From: Spirochaetia bacterium | GTDB lineage: Bacteria; Spirochaetota; Spirochaetia; DSM-2461 | NCBI GenBank assembly: GCA_963668315.1 | Contig: OY764216.1 | Coordinates: 1,600,001-1,664,000, forward strand | DNA: 64,000 nt | Reading direction: 5' to 3' | Shown here: in pieces, positions 46,901 to 55,806 of the stretch | Layout of the letters: every line of letters starts with the position of its first letter | Position numbering within the stretch: the first letter of the stretch is position 1 | Notes under the pieces: model-generated | What the model was told of the DNA's origin: nothing | Seen by the model: the letters and a program-made list of their open reading frames with translations, nothing else | Databases searched by the model: none | Translations under genes and position numbers: made by a program

Positions 46901-48472
46901 TCAGAAACTCCTGAATCCCCTTGATACATCGACAAACTCTTCATAAACCCAGCCGAATTCTCCGTTGGCTCTTCTGACCATATACCAGGGAGTCGTATCG
47001 TATTTATTTTCTTCCCCGGCCGTATTTGCCGGAAGTCTTGAGTCAATCACAATCAGTTCTTCTTCGTCATCGAAGAGGCCGAGTATTTCGCCGTCCGTGC
47101 CGGGAGTACTTCTGTAGCGCACCCTTGTATCGTTCAGTCTTCCCGAAAGGCCGAATCCCTGTTTTCTGTAATCTTCCGGGGTCAGCTCTTCGGGCAGTCT
47201 GGCTCCGTAGCTTTGAAGCAGGGCCGTCATCTCCGGGGATTTGGCCGACTGCAGAGGGGTGCCGGCTGTGAATTTCCCGAACCCATAGCTGTAGTTCAGA
47301 AGATTTACATTCGCCCCCCCATCAATCAGTATCTTCACCATTTCGGGCTTCCCGTAAGAGATGGCGGAAGTAAGGAAATTGCCGCTTCCTCCCGAGTCCT
47401 CTCCGTTTGAATAACTGAAGGTCGGATGAGTCCCGTCGTATCCGTTGTCAAGGAAGAGCTGCAGCACTTCCGGGGTGGAATAACGAATCACCCGGTAAAG
47501 GTCCCAGCTTGTTCCCAACTCCCCGCCCATATTGTGAGCCGCTCCGGCTTCCAGAAGAAACGTGAGCATTTCCAGGTCGCCCTCTTTAATAGGGTCCCAC
47601 AGGCAGGAAACGGTGGCATCATAGTTGCCCCCGTAACAAGTCTGACTGAAGCCGTTATCAATGAGGAATTTTATCATTTCAAAATCCCTGTCATCGATGC
47701 TTTTAAAAAAGGGCGATTCTCCCCGTTCAATGTACGGGCTATCGTATTTTTTATAGCCGAGAGCCTTGAGTTTTAAAATTGAATCGTAATCCTTGTCCCC
47801 GTAAAAATACCAGAACCATTCGTCTTCCGGCTGGAGAACCATTTTTACTCCCAGGCTGTCCAGGTTCAGGGAGTAACTGGATTCATGATCATATTCGGTT
47901 TTCTCCTTGTTACGGGAGCGGTAGGTTCCGACGAAAAAATTACCTTCGGTCCTATCCCATTTCATCTCCGACACCTCGCCGTAACTGGTTTCCTCCCGGG
48001 AGAGGTAAAGGCTGTCAGAGGGAAGGGCATCCGAATCGAACCTTACCTCCCGGCTGCTTGAGGTGATAAATCGGAACTCCCCATCGGTATAGAATATCTG
48101 CATATGCTGATGCCCGCTATTGGGGTTATAGTAGGGCCCCTCTCTTCTTTCCTTATCCGTTGAAACCAGGGCTATGTCCCCACCGAAGACCCAGTGCTCC
48201 TCCCCGCTGGCTGTACGAATCTTAAAAAAGGGAGCGGTCTGATACCCGAAGGTGTAGGCCCTGGGAGATACTTCCAGTATGTCAGCCATACTTACGGAAT
48301 ATCCCCAGTTGCCGAAGGAATTCACGTCATGGGGGATATTCAGATAGAAACCGGGACTATCCCATCCGCGAATATGCTCTCCCATGGGGATAGCCTTGTA
48401 ATCGGATAGATCGATTTCGGCAAAAGCGAAGGTGCTGACCAGTATAAAGAGGGGAAGTATTAATTTATTCAT
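46901..48472 (-). CDS. Secreted ankyrin-repeat protein with bacterial SH3 domain(s)
   Basis: Signal peptide, ankyrin-like GDLEMLTFLLEAGA and GKPEMVKILIDGGANVN, C-terminal VRYRSTPGT...WYMVR...GWVY. Confidence 0.75.
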   Translation of the reverse strand: MNKLILPLFILVSTFAFAEIDLSDYKAIPMGEHIRGWDSPGFYLNIPHDVNSFGNWGYSVSMADILEVSPRAYTFGYQTAPFFKIRTASGEEHWVFGGDIALVSTDKERREGPYYNPNSGHQHMQIFYTDGEFRFITSSSREVRFDSDALPSDSLYLSREETSYGEVSEMKWDRTEGNFFVGTYRSRNKEKTEYDHESSYSLNLDSLGVKMVLQPEDEWFWYFYGDKDYDSILKLKALGYKKYDSPYIERGESPFFKSIDDRDFEMIKFLIDNGFSQTCYGGNYDATVSCLWDPIKEGDLEMLTFLLEAGAAHNMGGELGTSWDLYRVIRYSTPEVLQLFLDNGYDGTHPTFSYSNGEDSGGSGNFLTSAISYGKPEMVKILIDGGANVNLLNYSYGFGKFTAGTPLQSAKSPEMTALLQSYGARLPEELTPEDYRKQGFGLSGRLNDTRVRYRSTPGTDGEILGLFDDEEELIVIDSRLPANTAGEENKYDTTPWYMVRRANGEFGWVYEEFVDVSRGFRSF

Positions 48473-48673
48473 AGCGGGGGGATTTTATATTTTATGGGGA
48501 TGACTGTCAAATGAGCGCTATTCTGAGTTATAGCGCTTTCTGGCTTATGGGTTACCAAGAATCATTGATTCTCCTTTCTTCAGAATTGGGAATAGTTTAC
48601 TTTCCTGTTACTTCATTCAGATATATTCCATGTAAATCATAAGAAAAGTTTCTGAAGGTAAAGGGTAATATAA

Positions 48674-50923
48674 GTGTCCGTTAAACATTACTGTATACTC
48701 ATCGTATCATTTTTAGTCTTCTCCCTGTCGTCCATTACGGCGGATGATGCATCCGGTGTGAGAGAAACTCCGAAAATCGCTCTTGTTTTACAGGGAGGAG
48801 GGGCCCTGGGAATTGCTCATATCGCCGTAATTAAAGAAATTGAACATCTGGGAATACCAATCGATATGGTTGTCGGGACCAGTATGGGATCGATAATCGG
48901 AGGGTTATATTCCGCGGGATATTCCCCGGAGGAGATGGAAGATCTTATCCGGACTACCGATTGGATGGAACTGTTCCTTCCGGAAATACCGAACAGCAAA
49001 AAAACGATCTGGGACCGTTACGATGAATCCCGATATATCTCAATGGGATTTTCCAGGAAGAAGCTGGATGCAGCGAAGGGATTATTATCTGACAAAAACA
49101 TCCTTCTTTATTTTGACAGACTGACTCTTCACTATGGGAACAATATTGATTTTGATACGCTCAGCCGTAAGTTCCGGGCTGTTGCTACGGATATTATGAC
49201 CGGAGAAAGGGTTGTTTTGAGCCATGGCTGTCTTTCCGATGCCATGAGAGCCAGCATGGGAATTCCCGGTGTTTTTGCACCCTATGCTGTGGGTAATCAT
49301 ATTCTTGTAGATGGAGGAGTCGTCGATAACCTTCCCATTGATGTGGCGAAGGAGCTGGGAGCGGATTACATTATTGCCGTACAGTTGAGCGGAGGGATCG
49401 ATTATTCCCTTGAAGAATTAAAGTCTTCACCTCTTATCCCCTTATCAAAGACAATTGATCTCCTAATTGAGCAGAATGTCAGATCTCAGCTCGATAAGGC
49501 TGATTTCCTGCTTACTATAGATCTTTCCGGATATCAGGCGGCTGATTTTTTACAGGGAGAAGAGATTCTGGAAATCGGCGAGGGGGTGGTTCGTGATAAT
49601 TCTGAAAGATTCCTTTCCCTTCGGGAAGAAATATATCAGATGAGGGCCGACACGAAAGGCTCCGATTCGGTATTAGTCCCGCCTCCCATTACAAGTCTTA
49701 CCGTAAGAGGAGCGACCAAAAAGGATGGGGAGAGAATAGAAGAAGCTTTCCACTCATTTCTGGGACACAGTCCGGATAGGGACGTCATAGAATCGGTATT
49801 GGAGGAATTATCGTCGGGTAATGTCTATCAGTCCATACGGATCGGGCGAAATTCCCCGGGAGAGGGGGGAGATGAATTACAGCTGAGACTTGAGAAGAAC
49901 CAGAACGTGAACAGCATTAATCTCGGGTTCTCTTCCGCCTCGACCTATTCTGATCAGGTTGGCAGTACCGAGGTCATATCCGGTGCCATTATTATGAGGG
50001 GACTATTCATCCCCGGTTCAAAATGGACGGTAGGATTTCAGCAGAATGATTCTCCCGGTCTTTATTTTACCTTTCTGCAGCCTGTGGGTCCCTTGTACCT
50101 TCGCTTTTTGAATTCCATATCAACCCAGGCGGACTTCGAATCTCTCGGTAGATTGGATGATAGTTCCTTTAAGTTCCAGAAAAGTGATACTACGATCATG
50201 GCGGGATTAAATCCCCTGAATACCGTTGATCTTTCAGTAGGTTTCAGTTACGACTCTTTCAGCTATAGTGAAGAGTATAATGAGATGATAGGGGAAGATA
50301 GGGAATCAAAATATCCTGTTTTTGTCAGTCATGCCGATCTGTTGACTCTTGATTCTTTCATTTTTCCTGAAAGAGGAGTTCATGCAAGAGTCTCATACCT
50401 TCATGATCTGCAAGGGTATATTTCGGAAAACAGTTTTCGGGTTTTTGAAACGGAAGGAACACTCGCGGTCCCTCTGACATCCTCTCTTTCATGTGAGCTT
50501 GAATGGGATGGAGGAACGGACTTCTCCGACAGGGAAGACGGAAGACCTGCCGCCCCGGTATTCTATAGACCCCAGCTGAATAACAGGAGGATGTTTCCTG
50601 AGAGTCTTGAGGGACAGGAAAGGACGGGAAGCTATACAGCGGGAATAAGCTTTCTATGCAAATACAGAATTCATAGAGATCTTAAAGATCCCCTCTTTCC
50701 CCTGTATTTTCTCATTCAGGGATCGGCAGGGTATTCCATGCAGGACTTTGATCAGGTGATGAATGGGGCGGATTATCTCTCCTGGAATGCGATCCTGGGG
50801 GGCGGTGTCAGGCTGTCCGATTCATTGGGCGTAATGCTCAAAACGGGGAGCTCATACGGATTTATCAATGGTCAGAGAGGCTTTATTGCCATTGACATCG
50901 GATCTTTCGGAATAAGGGATTAA
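48674..50923 (+). CDS. Patatin-like phospholipase with C-terminal beta-barrel (PlpD-like)
   Basis: Signal peptide, GGGALG, GTSMG (catalytic Ser), DGG and amphipathic C-terminal strands. Confidence 0.85.
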   Translation: MSVKHYCILIVSFLVFSLSSITADDASGVRETPKIALVLQGGGALGIAHIAVIKEIEHLGIPIDMVVGTSMGSIIGGLYSAGYSPEEMEDLIRTTDWMELFLPEIPNSKKTIWDRYDESRYISMGFSRKKLDAAKGLLSDKNILLYFDRLTLHYGNNIDFDTLSRKFRAVATDIMTGERVVLSHGCLSDAMRASMGIPGVFAPYAVGNHILVDGGVVDNLPIDVAKELGADYIIAVQLSGGIDYSLEELKSSPLIPLSKTIDLLIEQNVRSQLDKADFLLTIDLSGYQAADFLQGEEILEIGEGVVRDNSERFLSLREEIYQMRADTKGSDSVLVPPPITSLTVRGATKKDGERIEEAFHSFLGHSPDRDVIESVLEELSSGNVYQSIRIGRNSPGEGGDELQLRLEKNQNVNSINLGFSSASTYSDQVGSTEVISGAIIMRGLFIPGSKWTVGFQQNDSPGLYFTFLQPVGPLYLRFLNSISTQADFESLGRLDDSSFKFQKSDTTIMAGLNPLNTVDLSVGFSYDSFSYSEEYNEMIGEDRESKYPVFVSHADLLTLDSFIFPERGVHARVSYLHDLQGYISENSFRVFETEGTLAVPLTSSLSCELEWDGGTDFSDREDGRPAAPVFYRPQLNNRRMFPESLEGQERTGSYTAGISFLCKYRIHRDLKDPLFPLYFLIQGSAGYSMQDFDQVMNGADYLSWNAILGGGVRLSDSLGVMLKTGSSYGFINGQRGFIAIDIGSFGIRD

Positions 50924-51310
50924 GCCTCGCCGGCTGTCGGAGATACGCCCGGGGGGAACCGTGATCCCCGTACGGGGACTTTTGAGGAACAAATAATGAA
51001 TAATCAATTCAATCCGGCAATAAAATCTGCGGTGGCTGTCCTTATCCTGGTGAAGACTCCGGGTATCAAAGGGGCAATTAAGGCGTCATACCCGATCTAT
51101 ATTTATAGTCTATTGACTTTATGTTTCAATTAGTAGTATGGTAAACAAGCAAGTAAGTATTTTTCATTTATTTTTTTTGATCCATTTTTGAGCTTAAGAT
51201 TCCGATCGTTTCTACTTTCCGTTTCCTTTTAACTTTTCTGTATCAATTTATCTAATCTGAATTATTTCCTTGATAAATAAAACCGGAGAATCCGGTAAAA
51301 GGAGACGCAC

Positions 51311-51580
51311 ATGTCAAGCAATATTTATGTAGGCAACCTTAGTTGGAATCTGAACGAATCTGATCTTCAGAACCTTTTTAGCGAATTTGGTGACGTTGAA
51401 TCTGTGAAAATCATCTTTGACAGGGACACTAATCGTTCAAAGGGATTCGGATTTGTCGAAATGTCAGATAATGATTCCGCTTCAAAAGCGATTTCTGCTC
51501 TTAATGGAAAGGAACTCGATGGCAGAAATATTAGGGTTAACATGTCAGAGCCAAGACCTAATAGGGGTCGGAACTACTAA
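51311..51580 (+). CDS. RRM (RNP-1) RNA-binding protein
   Basis: RNP2 IYVGNL and RNP1 KGFGFVEM. AGGAG RBS. Confidence 0.95.
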   Translation: MSSNIYVGNLSWNLNESDLQNLFSEFGDVESVKIIFDRDTNRSKGFGFVEMSDNDSASKAISALNGKELDGRNIRVNMSEPRPNRGRNY

Positions 51581-51595
51581 GACTGATATTAAATA

Positions 51596-51626
51596 AAAAA
51601 AAGGTCACTTATGGTGACCTTTTTTT
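51596..51626. terminator. Bidirectional intrinsic terminator
   Basis: A-run/GGTCAC-TTATG-GTGACC/T-run. Confidence 0.75.
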
Positions 51627-51637
51627 ATGGAGAAATA

Positions 51638-51796
51638 ATGGGAAAAACGAACTACAGTTATGAAAAAAGAAAGCGGGAATTGGATAAACAGAAGAAGAAA
51701 GAAGAAAAGCTGAAGAAAAAACAGCTAAAGAAAGAGATGGTTGATAATCCTGGTGAATTTGAGATCATTGAAAAAACCGAAGATGAAGAAGAGTAG
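51638..51796 (+). CDS. Small Lys/Glu-rich protein
   Basis: GGAG RBS; MGKTNYSYEKRKRELDKQKKKEEK...EDEEE. Confidence 0.65.
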   Translation: MGKTNYSYEKRKRELDKQKKKEEKLKKKQLKKEMVDNPGEFEIIEKTEDEEE

Positions 51797-52176
51797 GCCG
51801 ATTCATTATAGCGGTGCACTCGTTTTATAGCTTCTGATAATTATGGCAGAAGACTCCAGGGAGAAACCCTGTTTCGAAAGGCTATATCTTAAGCGTCCGT
51901 GAATTAGCTTGTCCAGACACATCGAAAACAAAGGCTGAATCCAGCCAAATGGTTCCAGGAAAAAGTTCATCAACATGCCCTGGCTCCCATGAAAAATGAT
52001 ACTCCTATGGGGTAATATCTCTCTTCTTTCCATTATGTCTCTCTCGGAAAAAATTATTAAGCCGATCAATGCTGAATTTCCAAAGAAAGAATTAATCAGA
52101 CTGCTGAAGTAGAAAGGAAAGTCTGTTCGGCCCAGTCCACTTCAGCTGCCTGTTTGTCAAATATCCCGTAGAAAAC

Positions 52177-53394
52177 TTACTCGCTAATCCATTCGGCCGT
52201 GAGCGTCAGGCTGAAGTTAATGGAGGAAGAGCGGGTATAGGTGATTTTCGTTCTTCTCCCGTCAACTACGGTGCTATAAATCCATCCGGCGAATATGAGG
52301 CCTGAGTTTCTATCCGCTGCGGGATCGCGTTTGGTGAAGCACTCTCCGGGAAGGACCTCCTCGTAGGCTACGATGTAGGAGGAGCTGCTGCCGCCGAAGT
52401 CATTCTGGAATTTCACCAGGTAGGGGACCGACAGGGCTTCCGCCTCAATGGCTTCCGATGAACCGAAGGAGTTGAAGCTGCATACGCTGTAGGTGTGGGT
52501 TTCCCCCCGCACGGCGTCGGCGTCCGTATAGGACGTGACGTTGCTGCCGAGGGTGGCGATGGGAGCGCTCTCGTCGTCCCGGTAGATAAGGAAGCCCGTC
52601 TCGTCGTAGCTTTCGTCGCACCAACCGATGGTGATCTTCCCCTTGGTGGTGCTGCTCGTGCTGCTTGTACGGACGGCGGTGACCCCCGAGGGCTGTGCCG
52701 GTATGCCGTTGAAGTCATCCTCTGTCAGTTCAATGGTCTTGCTGCTCTGCAGATTCATCCGGATTCTCACCAGTTCCGTTACCGTCGTCAGTTGCTTCGA
52801 ACTTTCGTTATAGAGGCGAAATACCAGAAGATGGTTTCCAGCGGCGGCCCGGGAGTCAAGGTAGGATGCATAACCCTTTCCAGTCAGAAGACCGGATGAG
52901 ATATCCTCTCCTCCCAAGGTGGCCGATACGGTAGAGACATCCAACCCGTCCGGCCAGTTCAGGGTCACGGCGAGTGTCCCCGTGCCCCTCTGGACGGCTT
53001 CGAGGGAAAAGGTGAGGGACCCCGATTCGGTAAGGGCCACATCCCGGGTATCCTCCATTATCAGGTACCCCCCAGACACCTCATCGTAGGCCTCCAGTCT
53101 GAAGCTCCAGAAGCCGGTGGCCAGAGAGAGGGTCATCGAGGAAGCATCGGCTCTCCAGCTCCCCAGCGTTTCCTCGGCGCCTCCGTTACGGCTGCCCGAG
53201 AGAACGTACCGGGCCGCATCGGTCTGGGTATAGTTGACGGTCCGCGAATCGGGGGATGAGAGGTTAATGGCAACAGTCGCGGTTCCCCCCTTTTCCGACG
53301 GGTCCGGAGATCCCAGGCTTCCCATTTCGCAGGAGATCATAACTCCCGCCAGAAGCAGACACAATATTATCGCGTTTGTAAAAGTCTTTGTCAT
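52177..53394 (-). CDS. Lipoprotein with fibronectin III domain and partial InlB B-repeat
   Basis: Lipobox MISC; PAQPSGVTA..W.DES.DETGF.IYR..YTD..YSVCSFN. Confidence 0.75.
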   Translation of the reverse strand: MTKTFTNAIILCLLLAGVMISCEMGSLGSPDPSEKGGTATVAINLSSPDSRTVNYTQTDAARYVLSGSRNGGAEETLGSWRADASSMTLSLATGFWSFRLEAYDEVSGGYLIMEDTRDVALTESGSLTFSLEAVQRGTGTLAVTLNWPDGLDVSTVSATLGGEDISSGLLTGKGYASYLDSRAAAGNHLLVFRLYNESSKQLTTVTELVRIRMNLQSSKTIELTEDDFNGIPAQPSGVTAVRTSSTSSTTKGKITIGWCDESYDETGFLIYRDDESAPIATLGSNVTSYTDADAVRGETHTYSVCSFNSFGSSEAIEAEALSVPYLVKFQNDFGGSSSSYIVAYEEVLPGECFTKRDPAADRNSGLIFAGWIYSTVVDGRRTKITYTRSSSINFSLTLTAEWISE

Positions 53395-53407
53395 TTCGGG
53401 TTATCCT

Positions 53408-54253
53408 CTAGTTCGTTACTGTAAATGTGATGCGTGACGAGTAAACCGTCCCGTTCCCGTCTGTCGCCACCAGAGTCAGCTCGTAAACCCCTACGGTGAG
53501 GGATGCGGTATCGATTGTGACGGAAGAGGAGCCGGCTCCTGGGATAAGCGTTCCGTTCAGGTACCAGGCGTAGGAGCTGTAGGTCAGTGAGCTGGAAACG
53601 GAGAAATCCCCTGAGGTGCCCACTTCTAGGGAGCCGGGGCCGGTTATGGCCAGGTCCCCGTCCCCTTCAGTCGCTGTTGTCACGGTGATTTCCTGTACCG
53701 TGATCCATTTGGCGTAGAGGATTTTGTCCGTCCCGGGCACCCTGTCGGAGGCAAAATCCCAGGCCTCGGTGAAGGAGGCGTCCTTGTACCAGCCGTCGAA
53801 GTTATAGCCGTCGCAGGTGGGATCGCCGGGTTTGGTTATTAGAGAGCCGTAGTACGCGGTGATGGGGTCCACGCGGCTGCCTCCGTTGGAATCGAAGCTG
53901 ATGGTGTACTGGTTGGCAGTCCAGCACGCATACAGAACGACGTCTGAATCGCCCAGGACAAAGGTTTCGTTCTCAAGGTAGGTATTTCCCGTACCTTCAG
54001 ACGCTGTATTCCAGCCGGAGAAGCTGTGGTAATCTTTAGCCAGATCTGTGTTGCCCAGAACCGTGACCGTGTCTCCCCGACCGTACTCGGCGCTGTCCGA
54101 GGGGACCGTTCCCGAATCGGCGCCGTTTCCGTCGTAAGTCACGGCATAAGTCGCAGATGCCGGGGCGGTTGGCGAAGTACCGATGCTACAGGCGGAAAAA
54201 AGCACCATAAGCAGTGATCCCGTCAGAAAGGAGAAGGACAATTTTTCTTTCAT
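53408..54253 (-). CDS. Lipoprotein with two InlB B-repeats (Flg_new) and an Ig-like domain
   Basis: Lipobox FSAC, VTYDGNG..FSGWNT..LYACW and ISFDSNGG..FDGWY..LYAKW. GGAGG RBS before ATG 54253. Confidence 0.8.
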   Translation of the reverse strand: MKEKLSFSFLTGSLLMVLFSACSIGTSPTAPASATYAVTYDGNGADSGTVPSDSAEYGRGDTVTVLGNTDLAKDYHSFSGWNTASEGTGNTYLENETFVLGDSDVVLYACWTANQYTISFDSNGGSRVDPITAYYGSLITKPGDPTCDGYNFDGWYKDASFTEAWDFASDRVPGTDKILYAKWITVQEITVTTATEGDGDLAITGPGSLEVGTSGDFSVSSSLTYSSYAWYLNGTLIPGAGSSSVTIDTASLTVGVYELTLVATDGNGTVYSSRITFTVTN

Positions 54254-54386
54254 AAAGTGAAGACCTCCCAGGCCAAAAGATAGAAAAGTGTGTTTTTTCA
54301 TTGGTAAAAAAATATCCGAAGGCCGGGAGAATATCGTCCTAAATGATAATTCAGGACTCTTTTTTTGAATAAAAATGAGAAAGGGT

Positions 54387-54437
54387 TAAAAAAAAGCACC
54401 CTCCGAAGAAGATGCTCTATATATTATTACCCGTAAG
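54387..54437 (-). repeat. Eroded third copy of the att repeat (terminator and spacer only)
   Basis: AAAAAAAAGCACCCTCCGAAGAAGATGCTCTATATATTATTACCCGTAAG is identical to the copies near 59766 and 63587. The tRNA part is absent. Confidence 0.9.
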
Positions 54438-54450
54438 ATTTTCAGAATGA

Positions 54451-54743
54451 TCAACGATTTTTCCAACCTTCTGGATTTCTTTTCGCATGAAAGACGGCTA
54501 AAACAAGAATTGTATAATCCTGAATCGTATAGATGATCTGATACGGGAATCGTCTAATCAGAATTTTTCTATAAAGTTTATGGACAATTGGGAACATAAG
54601 GGGATTTCGCTTAATCATCGAAAATCCGTTATCAAGACAATTCAGAAATTCCCGGTCCAGATAGAGCGCTTTGCTTCTATACCATCGAAGAGCCTCACGG
54701 ATCTCATTCGAGCTTCCGATGTTATGACCAATTCATATTTCAT
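54451..54743 (-). pseudogene. RelE/ParE toxin, frameshifted
   Basis: Manual translation MKYELVITSEAR/NEIREALRWY...RRFPYQIIY...VLAVFHAKRNPEGWKNR*. 293 nt, one base short of 98 codons. Confidence 0.82.
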
Positions 54744-54752
54744 TAAAAGGAC

Positions 54753-54970
54753 TTATTCCTTTTCAAGTTCAGATCTAAAAGAATCCCAGTATAGAGCTGT
54801 CTCGGGATTATGTTTATAATGTTCTACCCTTTGCTCCAAATCCTTAATTTGAACATCGGTCAGGTTTGAGGTTTCTCTGGAAGCAGCTATTGTATCCCAT
54901 ATATCTTCCACAAGAATTATTTTTCTTCAATAGTCATATTGGATAGAGCCTGTTCAATGACAGTATTCAT
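54753..54970 (-). pseudogene. Addiction-module antitoxin (TIGR02574-like), frameshifted
   Basis: MNTVIEQALSNMTIEEK/IILVEDIWDTI...LTDVQIKDLEQRV..YKHNP...WD. 218 nt, one base short, with GGGAG RBS. Confidence 0.8.
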
Positions 54971-55415
54971 ATTACATCTCCCTTGTATTATTATAACAGC
55001 AAAGGTTGATGTTGACCATATCCGTCGATTAATTCTTTATTCTTAGGTAGGGCTAGGCATAAATCCATTTATATTCACCTCCCTATGTCCAATAACAGTT
55101 GCTATTCAAGATATACCACGGATTTCAAGATCGCCGTGAAACAGGGAATCGCCGATTTTTCCCATGTAAAGGAAATCCTCTATTCCCGTACAGCAACGGC
55201 GGTTGCTCTTTCTTTGGCTGACAATGCCCGGTATTAAAGATGAGAATTATACGATAAAACCCATTATGGAGAGTCAGATAAGCGGCAGCTACATGGAACA
55301 GCTCTGTACTATTAATGATGAAAGCGGGGAGCGTGTGGGTTATGTGGTTATTGAACTTCTTCCCGGTATTTATGAGGAATAATCAGATATTCCATTAAAA
55401 ATAGGATAAAATCCA

Positions 55416-55763
55416 ATGGCTGGTATAAAACTACTTGCCTTTGCAACTCTCGCGAGTGATCTTGAGCGATACAGGGGATTCTACTCCTGTTCAAATGCTA
55501 TTCTTTTTCTTGATGCCTATGGTCATGATGCGGGAGATTCAGTTCTTATATCAATCGCCGGTGTCATTAACAATCATATGCGCAGTTCGGATGTTATAGC
55601 TCGTAGTGGAGGAGAGGAAATCAGAGTTCCCGCTTCACTCGGGATAACAACGGTCAATGATTTAGAAGAACCTCTGGATCTGTTGTTGAAGCGGGCCGAC
55701 GAAGTTCTATATAAGGTAAAAGAAGAGGGAAGAAACTGCTGTCGTTATTCCATTGGAAAGTAA
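55416..55763 (+). pseudogene. Truncated, internally deleted GGDEF fragment
   Basis: DAYGHDAGDSVL...RSSDVIARSGGEE joined directly to IRVPASLG...LLKRADEVLYKVKEEGRN. Confidence 0.72.
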
Positions 55764-55806
55764 TAAACGAAATAATTCTGGCGCAGCAACTAATAATGGC
55801 CAGTTC

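Noticed and set aside
55085..55382. Short fragments, one vaguely transposase-like (YSRYTTDFKIAV); similar scraps at 60050-60260
   Set aside because: Too short to assign without a database search, so treated as islet debris. No integrase motifs recognised.
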